From assembly GCA_025999155.1 (NCBI GenBank), contig AP026679.1, forward strand, positions 85,776 to 149,775: a stretch of DNA of 64,000 nucleotides. The letters are read 5' to 3'. The stretch is from Candidatus Dojkabacteria bacterium. GTDB lineage: Bacteria > Patescibacteriota > Dojkabacteria > JAOAGR01. The notes beneath the pieces were generated by a model that worked only from the letters and a program-made list of their open reading frames with translations, ran no database searches and was not told the origin of the DNA. This document shows positions 29,465-39,900 of the stretch, one piece after another. The first letter of the stretch is position 1; the number at the start of each line of letters is the position of its first letter. A program made the position numbers and the translations under genes.

Positions 29465-30379
29465 ATGTCAGGTTTACTTTTTTTGGTAATATGTTTTGGT
29501 CTTATCTTGCTTGGTTTGATAGCATCAAGCGTAAAGATAGTCAATCAACAGTCTGTGATGGTAGTAGAGACTTTTGGTAAATTCAGCCGGGTATTATATC
29601 CTGGCATCAACTTTATCATACCGGTAATACAGCAAGTACGCGCGGTACTCAATCTGTATTTACAAAATTTAGATGTGAAAATAGTGGCTATTACGTCCGA
29701 CAAAGTTACTGTTGTACTTGATGCTACTCTTGTATACAAAATTAGAGAAGATAAAGTTGCGGAAGCGTATTATGCTGTGGGGGACCCTATTGCGGTTATG
29801 AAGTCAACGATAGAAAATAGTATTAGAAGTTATGTGGCAAATCAAACTCACGAGGAAATTCTACAGAAAAGGGACGAGTTAACACAATACCTGACAGATC
29901 ATCTGAAGGACAGATTCGAGGAGTGGGGACGTATGATCTACGCGTTCCAAATTAAAGATGTTTCGTTGCCTGAAGAGATCACGTCTGCAATGAGTAAAGT
30001 CATAGCATCCAAAAGACTTCAGGAAGCCGCTGAATTTGAAGCTAATGCTAATAAAATTTTGAAAATAAAGGCTGCCGAAGCGGATAGAGAAGCAAGAAGG
30101 CTGTCAGGATTAGGAGTGGCAGAAGAAAGATCAGCTATAATCGATGGCCTTAAGTCTAGTGTGGAAAACATGCAAAATGCAACAGGAGCGGATATAAGTC
30201 AAGTGATGAATATTGTTATGTTGACCCAATATATGGATACTCTTAAAACACTTGGAAATTCACAGAATAGTAAAATTATTTTTGTAAATGCGAATCCAGG
30301 ATCAATAGATGAAATCATGCAAAATATCTACTCTTATATCAACAGCGCAAATAAAAGTCATAGGGTGACCACGCTTTGA
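29465..30379 (+). CDS. SPFH/band 7 domain membrane protein
   Basis: N-terminal TM; VVETFGKF..L.PG, TSDKV, AAEFEA coiled coil. Confidence 0.92.
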   Translation: MSGLLFLVICFGLILLGLIASSVKIVNQQSVMVVETFGKFSRVLYPGINFIIPVIQQVRAVLNLYLQNLDVKIVAITSDKVTVVLDATLVYKIREDKVAEAYYAVGDPIAVMKSTIENSIRSYVANQTHEEILQKRDELTQYLTDHLKDRFEEWGRMIYAFQIKDVSLPEEITSAMSKVIASKRLQEAAEFEANANKILKIKAAEADREARRLSGLGVAEERSAIIDGLKSSVENMQNATGADISQVMNIVMLTQYMDTLKTLGNSQNSKIIFVNANPGSIDEIMQNIYSYINSANKSHRVTTL

Positions 30380-30563
30380 TTAATGGTATTCATTATTTGA
30401 GCATATTTATTAGATTTGAGGGATGGGTTGTATTTTTATCGGCTTGAGGTGAAAGGCAGATTGAGGTTTACTGATTGATTTTAGGGAATATCATAGAGCA
30501 TGTTTAAGGTTTTATAACTTTGCCAGGTATATTAAAATTTTCCATCAGCCAATTTGGAACATT

Positions 30564-31859
30564 ATGAGCGAAAAAATTGTTGTTTATATAGAAAAAATAG
30601 TGCTCGAAGGTAAAGGCTTTGGTGTCTACCACGGTATACCAGTCTATGTAATAGGAGCTTTACCAGAAGAAACTGTAGAGGCAGAAGTATTTCGTGCTAA
30701 AAAAGACTTTAAAGAAGCGATATTGAGTCGTGTGATCCAGCCAAGTCCATATCGCATATTGCCACAAGAAGATCATTATCTATCATGTTCACCATGGCAA
30801 ACAATGGATTATTTGTTCCAAATTAAGCAGAAAGAAAATATTATTCGTACATGCTTTAAACGCTTTGCGGACTTAGAGTTACCTAATTTTGAATTAGTTC
30901 CAAGTCCAGATAAATTTCATTATCGGAATAAGATAGAATTTAGTTTTGGCGAAGATGGAAACGGTGTATTTTTAGCATACCATCGAAGGGGCTCGCATAA
31001 AAATATGTGTAAATTAAATAATGGATGTGTACTCGCACATCCGTCAATTAATGAGAAAGCTCGGATTATATTTGAATTGATAAAACAAAGCGGAGTCCAA
31101 GAATTCGATCTTAAAAGTCTTATAGTGCGCAGCTCAAAATTTGAACAAAAATCTATTGCTATCTTACTTGTAAAAAATGAAAAAGAGAGAGTGCAAAGAC
31201 TTATTGAAATAGCTAAATCTTATCCCATTGACGATTTTGGTATTGCTTTATCTTCATATAAAAATCCAACTCCAACTATTGACAAAATTCTTTATCGAAA
31301 AGGATCATTAACTCTCAAAGAAAAGGTTAATCATTTAATTTTGGAGTATTCGATAGACAGCTTTTTCCAGAATCATATACCTTTATTTGAAATAGCTTTA
31401 AATGATATTGCTGTAAATATAAAGCCAAACCAAGCAATTTTAGAATTATACTCTGGAGTAGGAAGCATAGGCTTATTTTTAGCGGATAAATCTACGAAAG
31501 TAACTGGTGTAGAAAGTGTGAAAAATGCAGTGCACCATGCATACCAAAATGCTCAAAGTAACAAGATTACCAATTATTACGTCATCTCATCTCTAGCAGA
31601 AAAAGTTGATAGAAAAGAATTTATCAATATATCAACTCTTATAGTGGATCCTCCACGTACAGGATTACACAAAAAAGTCCGTAAATTAATTTTAGAATCA
31701 AAACCAGAACAAATCGTATATTTATCTTGCAATCCTATCACTCAAGCAAATGATTACAATAATCTGAAGGAGTTTTATGATTTGACTTTTATTAAAGCTT
31801 ACGATTTTTATCCTCAGACTCCACACATAGAAAGTCTTATAATATTAAAACGAAAATGA
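30564..31859 (+). CDS. rlmD: 23S rRNA (uracil-5-)-methyltransferase RlmD/RumA family
   Basis: TRAM domain, YRNKIEF, SFFQ, ELYSGVG, DPPRTG, YLSCNP, DFYPQTPHIE. Confidence 0.92.
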   Translation: MSEKIVVYIEKIVLEGKGFGVYHGIPVYVIGALPEETVEAEVFRAKKDFKEAILSRVIQPSPYRILPQEDHYLSCSPWQTMDYLFQIKQKENIIRTCFKRFADLELPNFELVPSPDKFHYRNKIEFSFGEDGNGVFLAYHRRGSHKNMCKLNNGCVLAHPSINEKARIIFELIKQSGVQEFDLKSLIVRSSKFEQKSIAILLVKNEKERVQRLIEIAKSYPIDDFGIALSSYKNPTPTIDKILYRKGSLTLKEKVNHLILEYSIDSFFQNHIPLFEIALNDIAVNIKPNQAILELYSGVGSIGLFLADKSTKVTGVESVKNAVHHAYQNAQSNKITNYYVISSLAEKVDRKEFINISTLIVDPPRTGLHKKVRKLILESKPEQIVYLSCNPITQANDYNNLKEFYDLTFIKAYDFYPQTPHIESLIILKRK

Positions 31860-32515
31860 ATGACGACATAATACTAGTAAATAAACCGAAAGGTTTGACT
31901 TCATTTGATGTAATTCGAATATTACGCAAAAAGCTCGGAATTAAGAAGATGGGCCATGCGGGAACTCTTGATCCTTTGGCTACAGGTTTAATGATTATAG
32001 GAGTAGGGAAAGGCACCAAAAAACTCGCACAATATTTAAAAATGGATAAAACTTACGAAGCAGAAATTCTTATAGGAGTAGCTACTGATACATACGATAT
32101 TGACGGGAAAATAATTGAAGAAAAAGAAGTCTTAAACCTGAATGAAGAATTTGTAAAAGAAAAATTAAAATTATTGGAAGGTGTACATGAATTCGAGGTA
32201 CCAAAGTTCTCTGCAGTGAAAATAAACGGCCAAAAACTATACGAATTAGCTCGACAATCTGTGGATTTTATACCACCCAAACGTAAAATGCGTGTATATA
32301 AAGCTGAATTTATGGCGTTAAGACAACATCACGAATATTACATACTTGAGGCTCGATTTGATGTGGCATCAGGTACATACATTCGTACCCTAGCAGTAGA
32401 GTTTGGAAAATTGATAGGCTACCCAGCTACGGTATATAGTATCAAACGCACTAGGATTGGAAATTGTTATCTCGATGATGTCCCTGAGCCAAACTTACTA
32501 GAGAAGTCAGAATAA
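31856..32515 (+). CDS. truB: tRNA pseudouridine(55) synthase
   Basis: KPKGLTS, GHAGTLDPLATG, SAVKING, SGTYIRTL. Confidence 0.96.
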   Translation: MNDDIILVNKPKGLTSFDVIRILRKKLGIKKMGHAGTLDPLATGLMIIGVGKGTKKLAQYLKMDKTYEAEILIGVATDTYDIDGKIIEEKEVLNLNEEFVKEKLKLLEGVHEFEVPKFSAVKINGQKLYELARQSVDFIPPKRKMRVYKAEFMALRQHHEYYILEARFDVASGTYIRTLAVEFGKLIGYPATVYSIKRTRIGNCYLDDVPEPNLLEKSE

Positions 32516-33657
32516 ACGTTATGCAAAATTTGGCATATAACTTCCGGCATCTGTGCTTGTCTAATTCCTTGCAACACTGTATCAAGGCTTGGTCTCTGAC
32601 CATGATAGTTTCTAGCATCAAACAATCGTGCATCGTATATATCTACGGCGTTTATTATTAAAGAAAAAATCGCACATGTTAAAGCTAGATTATTTGTATA
32701 ATCCCCCCTTAATCGACCCACAGTAGCTAAGAAATTGTCTGTTTGCAAGTCAGGCTTCAATGGTCCCTCTGGTGTAGTCTTAAACTCCTGTATAAAGCCA
32801 CAGACTTGCCGAACAAAACTGACAAAATCATTAATCCTAACCCCTGATACAGATACTTTTATACCTTGAAAATGTCTTTGAATATCGTCAAACTGCGGAT
32901 AAGGTTGTTGATGATCTATAAGATGATGTAATAAAGCTGCGCTTACACAGACTAATTGTTCCTGTAAGCTTATGTCCTTTTTATCCCCAATCAACACTTC
33001 TGCTCCCTCTATCACATGACCCAACAAAAACCTTTGCAATATATTTCCGCTATTTGGACCATCAAATTTCTGGCCTGTATAAAAGAGTTGTAGAGTACGT
33101 TGAGTCGTACTAGACAACAAAAACTTCCCTACATCATGTAATTTCGCTGCAAGACGTAAAACCTCCGTGACCTGATCAGGTCTCTTGCTACCAAGTGTCT
33201 TTCCCACAAATTGCCGTATATCTCCGGGCAAATCACTCCAGACCCTCACAGCCATTTCACTCATACGCCCACTATGAGCAATAACATTTCGTAGACCGAT
33301 TTTTAGTCCTTCAGAATTATCTCCCCTTCTAATCTCTTGTGGTCTCAGATCTAAATTTCTATCGAGCTTACCAACACCACTTTGCCCAACAGAGTTTGGA
33401 ACACATAAACCATAAGTACCTGAATTGTGTAACTCTTCGATACTAGCACTCTCGACCAAAGCTAACAGTTCAGAGAGTACTGTATGCGTTGTTGGACAAA
33501 ATACTCTTCCTCTAAAAAGAAGCCCCGAGATAGCATGGCGGACATTTTCTCCAACTCTAATTTGTTCTCCTTCTATTCTTCTTAAACCACCGGGACCCGA
33601 TGAATGACCATAATCGTCTCTTGTACTATCTGGTCTTTGTATACCCTCAGGACTCAT
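32467..33657 (-). CDS. HD-domain (HD-GYP-like) phosphohydrolase
   Basis: HSGR...LHDVGK...HVIEG...HH.....QPYP...DIYDA....RNY; ATG at 33657 preferred. Confidence 0.75.
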   Translation of the reverse strand: MSPEGIQRPDSTRDDYGHSSGPGGLRRIEGEQIRVGENVRHAISGLLFRGRVFCPTTHTVLSELLALVESASIEELHNSGTYGLCVPNSVGQSGVGKLDRNLDLRPQEIRRGDNSEGLKIGLRNVIAHSGRMSEMAVRVWSDLPGDIRQFVGKTLGSKRPDQVTEVLRLAAKLHDVGKFLLSSTTQRTLQLFYTGQKFDGPNSGNILQRFLLGHVIEGAEVLIGDKKDISLQEQLVCVSAALLHHLIDHQQPYPQFDDIQRHFQGIKVSVSGVRINDFVSFVRQVCGFIQEFKTTPEGPLKPDLQTDNFLATVGRLRGDYTNNLALTCAIFSLIINAVDIYDARLFDARNYHGQRPSLDTVLQGIRQAQMPEVICQILHNVYSDFSSKFGSGTSSR

Positions 33658-33839
33658 GGTATAAACACCCAACAATCTACATAGTGTGTATTATAAGAAT
33701 AAAAATAAAAAAAATCAATTATGATGATGCTACATCTTTTCGATGAAAGTCACGATTTACATTCGTAACTTATTTTTGAAACTCATGATCAAATTTCATA
33801 TAAGACTAAAATAATCCAATGTGATATAATGTCACCGCT

Positions 33840-35927
33840 ATGGCTATGGAAGAAAATAGTACTTTGATGATAGTTTTAGGGCTTTGTTTAGTATTAGGAA
33901 TTGCGTGTGCCATTTTTCTTTTTTCAAAACGTGTTAGTGCCATACCGTATACGGTTCTTCTGACTCTTACGGGAATGGGGTTTGCATATATCAATCCTGC
34001 ATTTATTGAGGCAATTAAGCTTAATCCAGAATCGTTATTTTTGATTTTCTTGCCAATTCTGTTATTTGAATCTGCTTTTAATTTTGATTTTCGAGAATTT
34101 CGTAGGATTATGATGCCCGGCTTTTTGCTAGCATCCTTTGGACTGATTATTTCTGCACTAATCATTGCTTTACCTCTTTATTATTTTTTTAATATTCCTT
34201 TTGCCGTAGCATTTATGTTTGGCTCTGTCATTTCTTCTACTGACCCTATAGCTGTATTATCGCTTTTTAAGCAACTTGGTGTTCCAAAACGTCTACAATT
34301 GCTTGTAGATGGTGAAAGTTTCTTGAATGACGCTACTTCAGTGATCATGTACAAAATTACTTTAGGATTTGCTACAGGGGTTGTCCAAAGCCTGACTTTC
34401 GAGAGTTTCCTAAACGGTATAATAAACTTTGTTTATGTCTTTGTAGGTGGTATTTTAGTCGGAGCATTGTTTGGATATTTGTTTTCTGAAATTATAGCAA
34501 GAATAAAAAATGTGCATGCTGTAGAAATTACTCTGACAATACTACTAGCACATATAGTTTTTATAGTTAGCGAAGAATATCTTGCTGTATCTGGTATAGT
34601 ATCAGTGCTGGCTGCTGGGCTCATCCTAGGGAATTATGGTCGTACAAAAATTTCTCCTGCAGTTACTCATACAATGCATCAGACATGGGAATTACTCGTA
34701 TTTCTAACAACATCTATAATTTTCTTTTTAATAGGCTATGAGATCCACCCGCAAACTATATTAGATCATTTAGCCATTACAATAACCGCGATTATCGCCC
34801 TTCTAATTGCTAGGAGTGTATCTATTTACAGTATTCTCGTCCCGTATAACTTAATCGTATCCGCAAGTTCAAAAATACCAGCATCCTGGATGCACATAAC
34901 TAATTGGGGAGGACTAAGAGGTGCATTGCCGCTCGTTGTAATACTTTCTCTACCTGAAGGTTTTGTGTACAAAGATATACTTACAACACTGGTCCTTGGA
35001 ATAGTGTTCTTTACATTAGTCGTTAATGCGACAACGATTAAACATATGATAAAATTCTTTGGCCTTGACAAAATCAACCAAACTAATGAGATAGAAGTCA
35101 AAATAACAGAACTTTTGATACTTCGTAAACTCAGTAAAAAACTGCATAAGTTGTACCAGATTCATGAAATCAGTCAAGATATTTTTGAGGAAAAAATACA
35201 GTTTGTAAATAAACAAATAGATGAAAATAAAGCGATTCTCCGTACATGGTTTAGCCAAAAACCGGACGAATACAAGAATGAATTAGAAAAAATTTTGCGA
35301 AGGTACTGTCTACAAGTCGAAAAAAGTGTTTATTATTCGCTGTTTGCAAAAGGCATTATACCCGAAATAGTTTATGGGGCATTACGTAGCAGTATTGATT
35401 TACAGCTTGAAAGGCTGAACGAAAATAAACCTCAGATTGATATAGAAAACTCACCAAACAAAAGGACTGGTTCATATACATTGAGGCTAGGATGGTTTGA
35501 TCAACTTATTTTATTACTTGACCAAAACGTCGACTTGGAACAAAAGATCATCGCTTACAATTATAAGTACCATAAGTCACGACTTCTGGGTGATGAACAA
35601 GTATTAAAAGAGATAGATGAATTCATAGGTATTGATTGTTTACCGACTGGCATAGTTCATAAAATAAAGCTACTCTACAAAGAGTTGGAAGAACATAATA
35701 TAGCAACATTGAAAGAACTGGAAATTCAATACCCAGAAACCACAAAGCGTATAGAACTTAAATTTGCAGAGTTAGAAACCAAACATCTGATAAAACATGT
35801 ATTACATCAGTTTGTAGAAGAAGAGAGAATCTCCATCAAGTCTGTTCAATGGCTAAATGCACAAGCGGAGAATGGATCTAGCATATATACAAAACCTTCT
35901 AGGTCTTTATCCATAGCACATCACTAG
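33840..35927 (+). CDS. CPA1 (NhaP-type) Na+/H+ antiporter
   Basis: FLPILLFESA, STDPIAV, GESFLNDA, GGLRGAL; about 12 TM plus a cytoplasmic tail. Confidence 0.93.
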   Translation: MAMEENSTLMIVLGLCLVLGIACAIFLFSKRVSAIPYTVLLTLTGMGFAYINPAFIEAIKLNPESLFLIFLPILLFESAFNFDFREFRRIMMPGFLLASFGLIISALIIALPLYYFFNIPFAVAFMFGSVISSTDPIAVLSLFKQLGVPKRLQLLVDGESFLNDATSVIMYKITLGFATGVVQSLTFESFLNGIINFVYVFVGGILVGALFGYLFSEIIARIKNVHAVEITLTILLAHIVFIVSEEYLAVSGIVSVLAAGLILGNYGRTKISPAVTHTMHQTWELLVFLTTSIIFFLIGYEIHPQTILDHLAITITAIIALLIARSVSIYSILVPYNLIVSASSKIPASWMHITNWGGLRGALPLVVILSLPEGFVYKDILTTLVLGIVFFTLVVNATTIKHMIKFFGLDKINQTNEIEVKITELLILRKLSKKLHKLYQIHEISQDIFEEKIQFVNKQIDENKAILRTWFSQKPDEYKNELEKILRRYCLQVEKSVYYSLFAKGIIPEIVYGALRSSIDLQLERLNENKPQIDIENSPNKRTGSYTLRLGWFDQLILLLDQNVDLEQKIIAYNYKYHKSRLLGDEQVLKEIDEFIGIDCLPTGIVHKIKLLYKELEEHNIATLKELEIQYPETTKRIELKFAELETKHLIKHVLHQFVEEERISIKSVQWLNAQAENGSSIYTKPSRSLSIAHH

Positions 35928-36219
35928 AAATCCTTTTCTATTCAAGAAAATTTGTTGAGTAATATCTAATTAATCTAATCTACACGGTTGTGCATAAAAA
36001 TACATCAGCTCAATGAAAGCCTTTAGTACGTTCTTTCAGCAAAAAATTTGAAGGACAGTATAGAAGCACCAAATTAAAAAAGAGAGAAAAAATTTTATGG
36101 CAAATTTTTTAGCCATCTTCACAATATGCCGAACTAATCGGTTTTAATATCTTAAATAGTTATTCCCAAGATACTTATATCTCATTTTGATCATGCGTAA
36201 TAATCAATAATAGTATTAG

Positions 36220-36520
36220 AATTGTGTTATCATTTCTCAATAAATCAAAATCACTTTATGCAAAATAGTCTGTACATACTCTAGCATCTTGAGTAAAACT
36301 TGAAGTTGTTATCAAAATTCCCTTATTAGCCTTTTGTCCTGCAAGACTTCCACCAAAATTCCTCACTTCTTTAGAACCGACTACGGTTTCCCACTTTTTT
36401 GTCTGAATATAGATCACATCTAAACCAAGTGTCTCTTCTTTAATTAATAATTCCATCTATACTGCTATCACCACTTTTACTAATCGCCTTGCAAAGATCT
36501 TTTAATGATGCCCCATAGAT
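36220..36520 (-). pseudogene. mrr: Mrr-type type IV restriction endonuclease pseudogene fragment
   Basis: Three frame segments rebuild YGASLKD..KAISKSGDSSIDGII / KEETLGLDVIYIQTKKWE..VGSKEVRNFGGSL...KGILITTSSFTQDAR / EYVQTILHKVILI, with two frameshifts and a stop. Confidence 0.8.
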
Positions 36521-36698
36521 TTTATAAAGGCAAGCATTCTTGATTGATAATTTGTTATTGCTATATGATGTTTGACATCATACGACCAATAACATTCAAT
36601 TTATCTTAAGTTTCAAAAATATCTCGGGAAAAATTCCTTAGGTAGAATCTAATTCACTTTTAGCTAATCCATTGCGTACAATAAAAGTTTTTTGTCAT

Positions 36699-36784
36699 TG
36701 GCGGAGAGAGTGGGATTCGAACCCACGATACTTTCGTATGCCGGTTTTCAAGACCGGTGCCATCAACCACTCGGCCATCTCTCC
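36699..36784 (-). tRNA. tRNA-Ser(UGA)
   Basis: Reverse complement GGAGAGATGGCCGAGTGG...CCGGT-CTTGAAA-ACCGG, long variable arm, ...TCTCTCCGCCA. Confidence 0.96.
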
Positions 36785-36942
36785 TAATATACACGAAATC
36801 TCTAATGCAATTATAACGTAACATCAAATCATTTGAAACTAATTGATAACACTTATAGCTAACACATCAGGGGACTTGCTAAAGAGATAAATTCTGCTAC
36901 ATTGTACATATACATATGTAAATAAGTTTTTCAAGTTAGTCC

Positions 36943-39900
36943 ATGGCAAAAATAGATTTTTCAAGAATAAGCAATCTTACCTACAACTGGCGCTTTGTGC
37001 TAAGAAATAGGCGTCTAATTACATTTATACTGATCGGATTGACTCTTATCTTGGGTGGATTAGCAATATTTCTAGCTATTACCATCAATAATCGCAGAGT
37101 GAATCCCGACGATACGGCAGCAGTAGACCCCTGTGGTGGATGTCCCGGTGGTCATTATTGTGATTCGACAACTTGTACCAATCCACCACATGCATTTTGT
37201 TGTCCCAACGATCAAGCATGTGGTTGTCCCATCGCTCAAACCAAGGAAACTCGAATTGTCGATCGTGGCACGCGATGTGGTCCCGCTGCGGGATGTCCGG
37301 AAGGCTTGGGTAAGCAAATGCGTGACTCATGTGAGGTAGGTAAGGATGGACAACTTACTAACTGTACCGATGCTTCGGATGCCGATTGTACTCCAAAGCC
37401 AGGCTGCCCACAGCCAGATGGCACGAACCCTGCCTGTCCTCGATCTGCCATACCGAACTGTGGACAAGGTAATGCCCGCGTAGGAGAAACATGTACGTGC
37501 CAGAGTCAAGGAACAGATCGATTTACTGGCATACAAGTATGTACCGAAACCGGCTGGTCTATTTGTGCTAGAGCCGATGGACAACAGACTCCTAGGGCTG
37601 GCTGTCCGAGTGGTATGCGCCCAGTTAATGGTGTATGTGTGCGTGATTGTGACGGCAACAGTAATATTTGTGCATGTGGTAATAATCTGTGCAGTGGAAC
37701 GGCTGGTCAACGTTTTACTTGTTCAAATGCGAGTGAATGTCAAGTCGTTGACTCAGGGGCGTGGGCTGGGAGTGGAAATTGTAGAGTTGCGGTTGGTCCA
37801 GGTGGATCTGTTGGAGAATGTGCTAGAGCAGAGTTTAGAAGTTGTAACCCTCCTGCAGGGCAAATGTGTCTGTGTTCCGGGCTTGGAGCACCTATTAACG
37901 GCTATAGGTATGGGAACACCACAACCGAACCAGTAGGACGATGCGGAAGCTCTTGTGAAGGTAAGTCTGGGGGAATATATGTCGCTGAGGTTTGCGGTAA
38001 TCCTTATAGATGTCCCGATACTCCTACTTTCAGGCCTCCACCGTGCACTCCGTCTTCGTATTGTGACCCAGTGAGAAATCAAAGAGTGGATACGGTATGC
38101 CATCAAGACGGTTCGAAAAGCGTTATATATACGCCTGAGGAGTGTGGTCCTTGCCCTGTTACACGAGCTTGCCAAGGATGCGATGCGGTCGAATTCAACT
38201 GCCACGGTCAGGTGATCAGAAGAATACCCAACTCGAGCGAATGTCCTTGTACTACCACGACACGAGAGGAAGATGACGCTTGTTCATTTATGACAGTGAC
38301 TGTTGGAGGGCAGTCCATCACAGTAAATAGTGTACTTAGTCCAAACGTACTCAGCGTACAATTACAGCCCGGTCAAGAAATTACATTTAATTCCGGTTCA
38401 GCTGGGCCTAACGCAAATTTTAGCCACTATTGGATGCGGCCGTACGGGCCTGAGGATGGTTGTGCTTATTATATTTTTAACCCTGACACAGAATGGGCAG
38501 GTAGTCCACAAAGGACTTTTAGGCTTCCTGGGAATCTACAGCAATTAGAAAGAAATGACGCTTGGGGGAGAGCTAATTGTAGAGGCAAAACATTTGATTA
38601 TACGAAAGGTGTGATATTTGGAGTAAACTACCTTAGAGACGGAAGACGGTGGGAAGGTAATTGGTGTAGAAATATAGGACCTAACCCTAGTGATAGTAGT
38701 TACTTTAACGCATCCACCGGTAGTCTAAATCGACCATGTCCACGACCGAATCCATGCGTGGTTAGGACACTACCACCACTTGGTGCATGCTCCTCGATGA
38801 CAGTTTCTATCGGCGATCAAACCATTACTGTCAATAATATCAATAGTCCAAACGTCTTAAACGTACAACTGCAACCCGGTCAACAGATTACATTTAATTC
38901 TAGCTCAACAGGACCTGGAGCCTACTTTAGTCATTATTGGATGAGACCATACAGAGCTGATCCTAACGATCCAATTAACCGCCAAGGAACGCGCGAGCAC
39001 ATTTGTGCATATTATATTTTTAACTTCAACCAAGATTTGGGGGGATCTCCTCAAAGGACTTTTACAATACCAAATAATCTTAATGCATTAGAAAGAAATG
39101 ATCTTGCAGGATCTAATGGATCAATTACTGTCAATGGTCAGACTTTTAGCTGTAGAGGTTATGCTCCAGATTATACTCAGGGCGTAATATTTGGAGTCAA
39201 CTATATCCAAAATCCGACCCAGTGGGGAGGGGAGTGGTGCAGTAACCAGGGTCCTAATCCTGGTGATAGTGGCTTCTTTAATGGCTCGATCAATCTAAAT
39301 CGACCGTGTCCTACGCCGAATGTATGTGTTGTGAGGACCCAGTATACTCCACCACCGCCAACAACACCACCCCCACCAGCACCACAATGTACGAGTATAA
39401 CAATACAAAATCAGACACGTAATACATCTTGTAATGCATCTAACCCGAATGCATGTAACGTGATGCAAGGAGATCAGCTGAATGTCAGTGTTACTGGTTC
39501 CGGCACGATTACGCGTTATGGATTAACAACCCAGGTGATACGAGGTCAGAATATTACGACCAACAACCCGACGACTCAAGAATCAAGCCAGTTTAATTCG
39601 ATTACTGTGCCAACAGGAAACGATATTACAGGGTTTGCCATAAGGGGTAGTGTGGAGAATGTTTCTGGATCTCAAAGCAGTGATAACTGCTTCGTTAGAT
39701 TCACATTTACACAGAACCCCGAAATCCAGAAAACCATTAATCGTGCAGGGTCCAACCCTGCGATCCCAGAATCAATGAACCCTGTCGTTGTATCGGGAGG
39801 TAACGTAGTTGAGTACGATATAACTGTGCGTAATAACGGGAATTCAGTGCTTCAAAACGTATTAGTATATGATCGAGTTATTAATCTAAACAATGGAAAC

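Noticed and set aside
37072-38548. Cluster of alternative-frame and antisense ORFs inside the large surface protein gene
   Set aside because: Expected shadow ORFs in a higher-GC, Cys/Gly-rich coding region.
38278-39339. Duplicated segment as a possible DGR template/variable repeat pair
   Set aside because: Differences are not adenine-specific, include indels, both copies are in-frame coding, and no reverse transcriptase is present.
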